Of a DNA stretch of 64,000 nt, positions 54,188 to 62,767 are shown piece after piece. Positions within the stretch are counted from its first letter, which is position 1; each line of letters begins with the position of its first letter. The stretch is from assembly GCA_965200165.1 (NCBI GenBank), contig OZ241352.1, positions 2,308,756 to 2,372,755 on the forward strand. Direction: 5' to 3'. This stretch comes from Gemmatimonadota bacterium (GTDB taxonomy: Bacteria; Gemmatimonadota; Gemmatimonadetes; Palauibacterales; Palauibacteraceae). A program made the translations under genes and the position numbers. The notes below the pieces were generated by a model. That model was given only the letters and a program-made list of their open reading frames with translations. It made no database searches and had not been told where the DNA came from.

Positions 54188-55407
54188 AACCTCGCTGCGT
54201 GGCTATCGCCCGTGTACTCATCCTCGGAGCAATCTTGTCTGCGATGGCGGGCTGTGCTCCGGATGCAAGCGGTCCGTCCTGGCCGGGCACCACCTGGGCA
54301 GTGTCCACACCGGAAGCGGAGGGATTCGATCCCGGTGCCATTGATTCCTTGATCGCGGACATCGACTCCGGTCGTTACGGTCTCATCGATCACTTCCTCC
54401 TAATCCGAAACGGGCGTGTGGTGGCGAACCGTCGATGGGATCACGCAGCGGAATATGCCGAGATCCTCCGTGGGGTCGGGGATACCACTGATCATCAATA
54501 CAACTATGATCATCCAGCCTGGCACCCGTACTACAGGGAGACCGATCTCCATACCCTCCAGTCGGTTACCAAGAGCGTGACCTCGGTCGCCTTCGGCATC
54601 GCCGTGGATGAGGGTCACATCGCGAGCGTCGAGGCTCCGGCTTGGGAGTGGTTCGAATCTCTGGGGGTGGACATGACCGAACCTCTGCGGGCGGCAGCCA
54701 CACTCGAGGATTTTCTGACCATGCGGAGCGGGATCGACTGGGCTACACGGGGCCAAACTTATGACGACGATACGCACCCAACCGTGGAGTTGGAGGCCAG
54801 TGATCGGTGGATCGATTACGTGTTGGGACGCCCCGTCGAAACCGAACCCGGGACAGAGTTCGATTACAATGACGGAGTGAGTGTGCTCCTGGGGAAGATC
54901 GTCGGGGAGGCGACTGGACAGCGGCTCGACTCGTGGGCAGAGGAGCGTTTGTTTGGACCGATCGGAATCGATGAATACTACTGGAAGATTACGCCCGATG
55001 GAGAGGTGGACAGCGAGGGCGGTCTGTACCTGTCGGTCTATGACTTGGCCCGCGTCGGTTATCTGATGCTGCGCGGAGGTGATTGGGACGGGCATCAGAT
55101 CGTATCGCAAGAGTGGGTGGAGATGTCTACATTGCCGATCGTCGAGAACGTCGGGTACGGATACCAGTGGTGGGTCCCGGTTCGGGAGGGGGGTCGGGCA
55201 CGGGTGTTCGCGGGGAATGGCTACGGCGGCCAATTCGTCCACGTCGTTCCGGAGCACGACATCGTGTCTGTCTTTTTCGGGTGGACACTTCATGAGCGGC
55301 CCGAGTTATCCAGTTGGCTAGCGTTGCAGGAGCGGGTTCTTCCGGCCGTGATAGATGGTCAGGTAATCGATACTCAGGCCACCGATACCCAAGGAAGTGA
55401 CTCATGA
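54184..55407 (+). CDS. serine hydrolase of the beta-lactamase / D-aminopeptidase fold (S12-like), lipoprotein
   Basis: ATGA overlap with qhpE. Lipobox LSAMAGC. SxxK motif in LQSVTKSVTS. Typical family length (407 aa). Confidence 0.8.
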   Translation: MKPRCVAIARVLILGAILSAMAGCAPDASGPSWPGTTWAVSTPEAEGFDPGAIDSLIADIDSGRYGLIDHFLLIRNGRVVANRRWDHAAEYAEILRGVGDTTDHQYNYDHPAWHPYYRETDLHTLQSVTKSVTSVAFGIAVDEGHIASVEAPAWEWFESLGVDMTEPLRAAATLEDFLTMRSGIDWATRGQTYDDDTHPTVELEASDRWIDYVLGRPVETEPGTEFDYNDGVSVLLGKIVGEATGQRLDSWAEERLFGPIGIDEYYWKITPDGEVDSEGGLYLSVYDLARVGYLMLRGGDWDGHQIVSQEWVEMSTLPIVENVGYGYQWWVPVREGGRARVFAGNGYGGQFVHVVPEHDIVSVFFGWTLHERPELSSWLALQERVLPAVIDGQVIDTQATDTQGSDS

Positions 55408-57488
55408 AGCTTGGCCTTCGATTTGGCGGCGGGGTTCTTTCCGCCGTGAGCGGTTGGGCCGCCCCAGCTCTCTGGAGCGTCGCAATAGGCACCGGCGCCA
55501 CCTCACTCGTGGCCCAGGAACCCCAGGAACCACGGGAAGCCCGCCCCATGACGGTCGAGGATGTCCTCGAACTCCGGACGGTTTCGCAGCTTGCGGTTAG
55601 TCCGGACGGCAGCTGGGTCGCCTACGTGGTGTCCGAACGAAGTATGGAGGAGGACAGACTGGAGACTGACGTGTGGGTGGTCCCGTCGGACGGCGGTCCC
55701 GAGGACGCTAGGCAACTCACGTTTCGTCCGGGCTCCGACGGTTCTCCTCAATGGCACCCCTCCGGTGGGTGGCTGGCGTTCGCGTCTGACCGCGACGACA
55801 GGAGACAGGTCTATGGGATTCGACCCAATGGCGGTGAGGCTTGGCCCGTAACCTCCCATGAGACGGGCGTCGGGAGTTATCGGTTCTCGCCGGATGGCGG
55901 GAGCCTGGCGTTCGCGGCCAATCCCCCACCCACGGACGCCGATCGCGAGTTAGAGGAAGTGCGCGGGAGGCCGATGGTGTGGGATTCAGTCTATACGGAC
56001 CAGTGGTCGCACCTGTATGTGGCGGAGCTGAAACGCGACCGTGCCGATTCGGCTGTCCAGTGGTCTCCGGACGGAATGCACGTCCAGCAATTCGTATGGT
56101 CACCGGATTCGAAAGCGATTGCCTTCAGCGCTCGTGCGTCCCCCGTGCTGAGGACCGTGTACGACGCTGCCACCCATGTAACGACTGGTCCGGATGCAAC
56201 CCCCTTGATGGTCACCTCTCTTCCGGGGTCCGACGATCCGGTGGCGTGGCACGAGGATGTGGGGCTCATCGTTTCCGGATCGGGACAGACGCTAGGGACG
56301 TTTAACCGGCAGCTGTGGCGAGTGTCGGCTTCCGGCGAAGAGAGTCCTGGGACGCCCGTGTCGCTAACCGGCGATCTGGATGAGAATGCCAGATTCGTTC
56401 ATGCCGACGGGTCACGACTCATCGTGGCTGCGTCCCACCGCACCGGTGCGACCGTGTACCGGATTGATCTTGCCGACGGAGTGCCCACGGGGTTGCCGGT
56501 CGACCTCACGGATGGGAGCCGCTTCTACTCAAATGTGGTTGCCTCCGCAGATGGTGGGGTGCTCGCCTTTACCGCTGAGGACGGGCATTCGCCGGCTGAC
56601 ATCCACGCGACCCCGGAGAACACCTTCGCACCGTCTCGACTGACTGACGTCAACCCGCATGTGGCGGGTCTCGACCTCGGCGCGCAGCGAGTCGAACGGT
56701 GGATGTCACGCGCGGACGGAGAGCAAATCGAAGGAGTATTGACGCTGCCGGTCGGATATGTGGATGGAGACCGCGTGCCCTTGGTTCTCGTAATCCATGG
56801 TGGTCCGTCGGGAGTCTCATCCGACCGATTCCACGCCACCCGAGGCGCTTACCCGGTCCAGGTATACGCGGGTATGGGATTCGCCGTCCTCCAACCGAAC
56901 TACCGAGGATCGACAGGCTATGGCGAACGGTTCCGTGGCCTGAACCGAGGCGACATCTCCGGACGCGACTGGATAGACATCGATTCGGGCGTGGACGCGA
57001 TGGTCGAACGAGGAATCGCCGATCCGGAGCGTCTGGCGGTAAGCGGATGGAGCTTCGGCGGTCACCACACTTACTGGGGGATCACACAGACCGACCGCTT
57101 CAAAGCGGCGAGTGCCGGTGCGGGGGCCAATGACCTGATCTCGATGTACTCGCAGACCGACATCCCGGAGTTCTATCACACGTATCTGGGTCCCAAGCCG
57201 TGGGAAGATTGGGAGCTGTACGAAGAACGTTCGGCGTACCGACACGTTACGAATGTGACGACCCCGTTGTTGATTCAGGTTGGAGAGAACGATGAGCGTG
57301 TGCCCGCCGAGCAGAGCATCCAGTTCTTCGAGGCGGTCAGGGCGATTGGGAAGGCACCGGCCGAACTGGTGATCTATCCCGGACAACCACACGGCGTACG
57401 GTCACCGCGCCTGCAACGAGACCTCATGTCCCGCAACGTGGAGTGGCTGGCACGGTGGGTGCTGCGCCGTACGGAGATGGTGCCGTAA
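55404..57488 (+). CDS. S9-family prolyl oligopeptidase / acylaminoacyl-peptidase with N-terminal beta-propeller, exported
   Basis: ATGA overlap with the upstream gene. Signal peptide. PD40-like SPDGSWVAYV, WHPSGGWLAFASD, FSPDGGSLAFAA. Catalytic GWSFGGHHT, then ENDERVP and GQPHGV. Confidence 0.9.
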   Translation: MKLGLRFGGGVLSAVSGWAAPALWSVAIGTGATSLVAQEPQEPREARPMTVEDVLELRTVSQLAVSPDGSWVAYVVSERSMEEDRLETDVWVVPSDGGPEDARQLTFRPGSDGSPQWHPSGGWLAFASDRDDRRQVYGIRPNGGEAWPVTSHETGVGSYRFSPDGGSLAFAANPPPTDADRELEEVRGRPMVWDSVYTDQWSHLYVAELKRDRADSAVQWSPDGMHVQQFVWSPDSKAIAFSARASPVLRTVYDAATHVTTGPDATPLMVTSLPGSDDPVAWHEDVGLIVSGSGQTLGTFNRQLWRVSASGEESPGTPVSLTGDLDENARFVHADGSRLIVAASHRTGATVYRIDLADGVPTGLPVDLTDGSRFYSNVVASADGGVLAFTAEDGHSPADIHATPENTFAPSRLTDVNPHVAGLDLGAQRVERWMSRADGEQIEGVLTLPVGYVDGDRVPLVLVIHGGPSGVSSDRFHATRGAYPVQVYAGMGFAVLQPNYRGSTGYGERFRGLNRGDISGRDWIDIDSGVDAMVERGIADPERLAVSGWSFGGHHTYWGITQTDRFKAASAGAGANDLISMYSQTDIPEFYHTYLGPKPWEDWELYEERSAYRHVTNVTTPLLIQVGENDERVPAEQSIQFFEAVRAIGKAPAELVIYPGQPHGVRSPRLQRDLMSRNVEWLARWVLRRTEMVP

Positions 57489-59197
57489 TGAGTTTGCAGC
57501 GCGCTGCCTGCGCCCCTGTCAGATGGGGTGTCCTTACGGCTGCGGTTCTTTTTGCGGCATGCACGCCGGGAGCGGGGCCGGACGGTGACCAGGACAAATC
57601 AGCGAGCGGCAGTACGCACGAGGAGCTCGTGGCGTTCTTCTTGGAGTGGAGGGAGTTCGAGGCCCCATCGTTCGTGGAGGGTGTCCCCGACTACTCGTCG
57701 GATGCCATGACGGCCCAGCATCAGGAACTTGGTTCCTGGATGGATCGGCTGGCAGCCTTTGATACCACGGGCTGGAGCGTCTCCGAACAGATTGATTGGC
57801 ACATCGTCCGAGCTGAACTAAACGGGCTCGATTTCGACCATCGCGTTCGCCGCCCCTGGGCCCGCGACCCCGCATATTATGCGTCCATATTTCCATCCCG
57901 GAGCGATGTCCCCGCGCACGAGGGTCCTGTGGTTCACGGCTGGATCGACCTGTGGGAATACGATTACCCGCTATCCGAAGCCGATGCTGCGGCTCTGGCG
58001 GATCGGATCTCTCGAATTCCTCGGTTGCTCGAGGCTGCGGTCCTCAATCTGGCGGGGGCGGAGGCCAGGGACCTCTGGATGGCCGGGATTCGATCGTTCA
58101 GAGCACAGGTTTCCGATCTCGACGACTTAGCCAGACGCGTGAATGGTACCAGTGAGGCCTTGGACGCAGCCATCGCCGCTGCTAGAGCCGCCTCCGATTC
58201 ATTTCGACAGTGGATAGAGGAGGAGGCCAGTTCCCGAGTCGGTCCTTCGGGGCTCGGGCGAGACCACTACACCTGGTACATGCAGAACGTCCACCTGGTT
58301 CCTTACAGTTGGGACGAACAGGTGACGATCATGCGCCGCGAGTTGGCCCGCGCCCACTCGTCGCTCCGCCTCGAAGAGAACCGGAACCGCGACCTCCCCG
58401 AACTGCCGAGGATTGCGTCCGCCGAGGAGTATGACCGGAGACTGAACACTTCCGTCGATCGCTACATGCGCTTCCTTGAAGCGGAAGGCGTACAGACGAC
58501 TGAGCCCTGGATGGATCCGGCACTTAGGGCGGTCAATGGCCGCTTCACCCCCGCCGAACCCGGAGAAATCAGGAACTTTTTCCAGGAGGTGAACTATCGG
58601 GACCCCGACGCCTTTCGCCCGCACATGCACCACTGGATCGAGCTCGCGCAGATGGAGGAGGACCCGCATCCCAGTCGGATTCGTGCAACACCCGCCCTGT
58701 ACAACATCTACGACGCACGCTCGGAGGGGCTGGCCACCGGGGTCGAAGAGATGTTCATGCACCTCGGCCTCCTTGAAGGATCGCCCCGTTCTCGCGAATT
58801 GACGTGGATCATGCTCGCCCAACGGGGGGCGCGGGCACTGAGCGGTCTCCATCTGCACGGCGGCGGGTTCAACCTTGAGGAGGCCGTAGCCCATGCCATG
58901 CGCTGGACTCCGCGCGGATGGTTGCCGGACGGGGCCTTGGTGCGGGGAGAGCAGCACCTCTACCTGCGCCAACCTGGCTACGGAACCAGTTACATCACGG
59001 GGAAGATCCAGATCGAAGAGCTACTGGCCGAGTACGCCCTCCTGGAGGGTAACGGCTTCACGGTGAAGGGGTTCTTCGACGCCTTCTACGAAGCCGGCGT
59101 CATTCCGACCGTGCTTACTCGCTGGGAGATGACGGGGGAGGTAGACCCGATCCTGCTTCAGGGAACGATAGGCATGGAGGATGTCATACGACCGTGA
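57488..59197 (+). CDS. DUF885-family protein (lipoprotein)
   Basis: ORF 57443..59197 with start moved to ATG 57488 (TAATG overlap with the S9 stop). Lipobox LFAACT. DHYTWYMQNVHLVPYSWDE and RQPGYGTSYITGKIQIEELLAEY match the DUF885 pattern as I remember it. Confidence 0.75.
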   Translation: MSLQRAACAPVRWGVLTAAVLFAACTPGAGPDGDQDKSASGSTHEELVAFFLEWREFEAPSFVEGVPDYSSDAMTAQHQELGSWMDRLAAFDTTGWSVSEQIDWHIVRAELNGLDFDHRVRRPWARDPAYYASIFPSRSDVPAHEGPVVHGWIDLWEYDYPLSEADAAALADRISRIPRLLEAAVLNLAGAEARDLWMAGIRSFRAQVSDLDDLARRVNGTSEALDAAIAAARAASDSFRQWIEEEASSRVGPSGLGRDHYTWYMQNVHLVPYSWDEQVTIMRRELARAHSSLRLEENRNRDLPELPRIASAEEYDRRLNTSVDRYMRFLEAEGVQTTEPWMDPALRAVNGRFTPAEPGEIRNFFQEVNYRDPDAFRPHMHHWIELAQMEEDPHPSRIRATPALYNIYDARSEGLATGVEEMFMHLGLLEGSPRSRELTWIMLAQRGARALSGLHLHGGGFNLEEAVAHAMRWTPRGWLPDGALVRGEQHLYLRQPGYGTSYITGKIQIEELLAEYALLEGNGFTVKGFFDAFYEAGVIPTVLTRWEMTGEVDPILLQGTIGMEDVIRP

Positions 59198-59213
59198 ATC
59201 ACTGGACCAGAGA

Positions 59214-60842
59214 CTAGGGGCCAGAAGCACCCAACGGAGGGGCATCCTGCGGTGGCCGACGATGCTGCGTTGCCTGTTCGTAGGCGTAACCGAAGCGTAT
59301 AAGCAGACCTTCTTCGAAGGGTCGTGCCATCAACTCCAGTCCGACTGGGAGGCCATCATTCGTGAATCCCGCCGGTACTGTGATGGCGGGGAAGCCTGTT
59401 AGGGGACTCAGCAGGCGATTATCCCCCAACCCGTATTGGTCAGTCGGTGTGGGGTTGGTCTCGACATCTGGGGCGATGAGTGTGGGGGGATGATCGAAGG
59501 TGGAGTACGCGATCGCGTCCAAATCGTGTTCCGCCATCGCCGCAAGCACGTTCCGCCTGATCTCGTTTCGCGCGAGGAGATAATCGAGATAGCCCGGGTC
59601 GCCGGTGGTCTTGCCGAGGGACGACGCCAACCCCCTTGAACGCCATGGCGTAACGATCCCGGAAAGCAGTATCGCCCTCAGGCTCTTGTATGGGGCGCCA
59701 GGGTGTTGGGCCAGGTACTCGTCGGTTGCCGATTCCGTCTCGTAGGAGTTGAGTGAGAAGACCGCATTCACCCGGTCGATGCCTTGGATTTCCAAGCTGT
59801 CGAGGGCAGTCGCCCCCAGTTCTCGGAGGTTGTGTACGGCCTCGTCGACCCTTTGCCGGACCTCCTGAAATCCAGCTGAATTGGTGTCGACCCCACGGTC
59901 CATGGGTTCGCGGATGACCCCGATGCGGGTACCCCGGAGCCCGTCGAGATCTAATGCCTCCGCATACGAATCCGGTATCCGGCCCCATGCGCGCGCCGTT
60001 ATAGGGTCGCCCGGGTCATAGCCCACGATTACGTCAAGGAGGATCGCGGCGTCGGCGACGGTGCGAGTAATGGGCCCCATCGTGTCTGTGGTGGGGTTCG
60101 CAGGCATCATTCCGTGACGACTCACCAGCTCAAGTGTGGGCCTAAGCCCGACCAGCGAAGCCACGGCAGCCGGCCCCCGGATCGAACCACCGGTGTCCTC
60201 ACCGATACCTACGAGGCCCATGTTGGCTGCGATCCCCACGCTGGTCCCGCCAGACGACCCGCTTGGGTTGCGCGCCGGATCGTACGCGTTGCGGATAATC
60301 CCGAACCCCGACCCGACGTACCGCGACGCGAACTCGCCCATGTTGGTCTTGGCCAGGATGATCGCCCCAGCCTCCTTCATGCGAAGCACCACCGTGGCGT
60401 CTCGGTCAGGCACGAAGTCGCTGAAGAGTGCCGACCCATAGGTCGTCGGCATGTCGCTGGTTTCGACCTGATCCTTGAGGAGCACCGGTACGCAGTGCAG
60501 GGGACCGGTGAGCCCCTCGGCCTCAAACCGCCGGTCCAATTCCGTTGCCTCTTCCAAGGCTCGCTCGTTGAGTGCGCCAACGGCGTTCAGCATGGGACCC
60601 TGCCGGTTGTACGCCTCGATACGATCTAGATAACCCTGCACCAGCCCGGCGCAAGATAGGTTGCCGGACTCGAACGCAGTGTGGACTCCGGCTATCGTCG
60701 CCTCCTCAATCTCGAAGGCTTGGCTCGCAACGGCGGGGGGAGCGGCGAATGAAGTGGCGAGCCCGGCCGCGAAAGAAACTCCAAGTGCACCCGAGCATAC
60801 CGCTCTGCCAAGCAGGCCGAAGTGCTGCCGGAGATAGCTCAT
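59214..60842 (-). CDS. amidase-signature family amidase, exported
   Basis: Signal peptide. AS sequence NPSGSSGGTSVGIAANMGLVGIGEDTGGSIRGPAA. Confidence 0.9.
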   Translation of the reverse strand: MSYLRQHFGLLGRAVCSGALGVSFAAGLATSFAAPPAVASQAFEIEEATIAGVHTAFESGNLSCAGLVQGYLDRIEAYNRQGPMLNAVGALNERALEEATELDRRFEAEGLTGPLHCVPVLLKDQVETSDMPTTYGSALFSDFVPDRDATVVLRMKEAGAIILAKTNMGEFASRYVGSGFGIIRNAYDPARNPSGSSGGTSVGIAANMGLVGIGEDTGGSIRGPAAVASLVGLRPTLELVSRHGMMPANPTTDTMGPITRTVADAAILLDVIVGYDPGDPITARAWGRIPDSYAEALDLDGLRGTRIGVIREPMDRGVDTNSAGFQEVRQRVDEAVHNLRELGATALDSLEIQGIDRVNAVFSLNSYETESATDEYLAQHPGAPYKSLRAILLSGIVTPWRSRGLASSLGKTTGDPGYLDYLLARNEIRRNVLAAMAEHDLDAIAYSTFDHPPTLIAPDVETNPTPTDQYGLGDNRLLSPLTGFPAITVPAGFTNDGLPVGLELMARPFEEGLLIRFGYAYEQATQHRRPPQDAPPLGASGP

Positions 60843-62623
60843 CAGTTACCCACCTCGATCCAAGGTGTTCTCACGACGCCGCCCTTGTCCGAGGCCGCCA
60901 CGACGCGCACGGACAGCTCACCCTCCGCCGCCGGACGGATGGTCCAGGAGGCCGTCGCCGATGGCTCCGAAACTGCTTCCAGGAAGGGATTCGAACCGGC
61001 CAAGTGTGGCAGGCGTACACGAGCCCTACCTGAGATGATCTCCCCATTCTGGACTTCGAGGGTGGCCGTGGGTGGTCGGACTACCTGGTTCTGGAGGATA
61101 CCGTTCGGTCCGGGAGAGCCCTCTGCTCCGCGGTCGGTGAGACTCGTGGGAAGGAATCCTGAATTGGTGACCGTCGCCGCCACCTGAACCGTGCCATCGT
61201 CATTGAAAGTGGTGACAGTGTTACTCACCTCGATAAGGGGAGATTGTTCCGCTAGGTATAGAATCCATGGGATCTGTTGGGTGGTTTCCTCCTCCAAGAA
61301 CTCGGCCGGGGGGTTCTGTCCCCAGAAAAGGGAGTACCATCCCCCGATCTCCACCTCCCCGTACTCCGGGTGGTCGTATGGAGCCCAGTCGGTGAAGTAG
61401 TAGCCATCTAGTTCTTCATCGTTGAAGCGGTGTTGCTCCGCCTCCGAGAGTTCGCCATCTCCGTCGTAGTCCGTGACCCATGCCTCCGGCCCCGGTGAGA
61501 ATTCGGGCACCCAACCAATCACGCCTTGGTCCCAGAATGCCCAGGAGATGAGGGTGCCGTAGCGGTGCAGAGTCGGATGTGTCGCGCTGGGCACGACCGG
61601 ACGGCCGGTGGTGCGCGTGTACTCCTCACCCAGGTGCACGATCAGGGCGAGATCTATCTGCGGAAATAGCGAGGGTGCAGATGCCGAGGGGAGCCTGAAC
61701 ACGAACCCGCCAGACGTATGCCCGTGCACGATCCCGGTGATGTTCCGGTGGGAGTTGAGGAACTCGACGGTCGCGCGCGTCTCCGGCTCCGACAACGGGT
61801 AGTCCCCAGACCCCGGTTGCAGGTGCCAGCGCTCCCAGTTTCTGGGGAAGTTGCGGTTCATATCGATCCCCCCGACCCCGTCCTCGTTGAGGGCTCCGTC
61901 ACCGTCGTTGTCTATCCCTTCGGAGAGTACCCGGTACCGCTGGCCGGTCATCATCCCCCCGGGATCCCGGTGCAGGATCCGGGAGTCGTCGGGGTCGATC
62001 ACGAAGTCGCCTTCCGGGTCGGGTATCCTCATCTGAGTCAAGCGACCGTCTCCGTCCAAGTCATCCGGCGGATCCTCATCAGCGACGCCATCGTGGTCCT
62101 GGTCGATGGGGCGGGTGGTGCTCCGGAGCCGCTCGTCCTCCAACAACGCAAGGTCGGCTCCGTCGGGATTGAACTTGGGTCGCACATAGAAGGTGCGGGT
62201 GTCGAGGAGGGACGTGACCTGATCGTCCTGGCCGTACCCGTTCAGGAGATACGCGATGACGTGTGTGGCCACTGAGGAGCCCGTGAGTTCGCGGGCGTGA
62301 ATGCCCCCGTCGACGTACAGGGCGGGTTTCTCGGAGGCAGGTCCCGTCGCTTCGTTCGTTATCGTCATCACCCGGAGCGGGTAACCCAAGAGACTCTCGC
62401 CGATCGTGGATATTTCCGTCAGCCCCGGATGGAGAGCGGCGAGTTCATCTAGGATGCGGTCGGTCTCGGCGGCGGTGTAATACCGGTCAAGGTCGATGGA
62501 ACCATCCGCCGCGACCAGGGCCGCTCCATTCGCGCCGGTAGCAATCCCGGATTCCTGCGATGGGGTGCAAGCAAAAGCCAATCCGGTCGCGAGAACAGTA
62601 CATGCTTTGGTGGCAGCGGCCAT
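60842..62623 (-). CDS. M14-family zinc carboxypeptidase lipoprotein
   Basis: ORF 60842..62713 with start moved to ATG 62623 behind AGGAGG. Lipobox LAFACT. Zinc site GGIHARELTGS and VHGHTSGG. Stop overlaps the amidase start (TGATG). Confidence 0.85.
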   Translation of the reverse strand: MAAATKACTVLATGLAFACTPSQESGIATGANGAALVAADGSIDLDRYYTAAETDRILDELAALHPGLTEISTIGESLLGYPLRVMTITNEATGPASEKPALYVDGGIHARELTGSSVATHVIAYLLNGYGQDDQVTSLLDTRTFYVRPKFNPDGADLALLEDERLRSTTRPIDQDHDGVADEDPPDDLDGDGRLTQMRIPDPEGDFVIDPDDSRILHRDPGGMMTGQRYRVLSEGIDNDGDGALNEDGVGGIDMNRNFPRNWERWHLQPGSGDYPLSEPETRATVEFLNSHRNITGIVHGHTSGGFVFRLPSASAPSLFPQIDLALIVHLGEEYTRTTGRPVVPSATHPTLHRYGTLISWAFWDQGVIGWVPEFSPGPEAWVTDYDGDGELSEAEQHRFNDEELDGYYFTDWAPYDHPEYGEVEIGGWYSLFWGQNPPAEFLEEETTQQIPWILYLAEQSPLIEVSNTVTTFNDDGTVQVAATVTNSGFLPTSLTDRGAEGSPGPNGILQNQVVRPPTATLEVQNGEIISGRARVRLPHLAGSNPFLEAVSEPSATASWTIRPAAEGELSVRVVAASDKGGVVRTPWIEVGN

Positions 62624-62767
62624 TGGTCCTCCTGAGGGTTGGGAAGGTGGTGTGAACGTCGTTGTGGTTGACGGATCGCGGCAAGTACGGGCAATCCGTT
62701 GCCTGTACCCCATTTATGTCGGCATAATGCAAGAGTGTGACTTCGGCTGGACTATAAAGGGGGGACG

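Noticed and set aside
54400-55293. 297-aa minus-strand ORF inside the S12-like gene; likewise 58199..58972 (-), 22428..23318 (-), 20371..21036 (-), 19120..19671 (-) and 63022..63699 (-)
   Set aside because: All are antisense to genes with clear family motifs and have non-protein-like composition.
54184-55407. Beta-lactamase (antibiotic resistance gene)
   Set aside because: Only the generic SxxK serine-hydrolase fold is evident. The lipoprotein signal and peptidase neighbours fit an S12-type peptidase or esterase better, and there is no evidence for beta-lactam hydrolysis.
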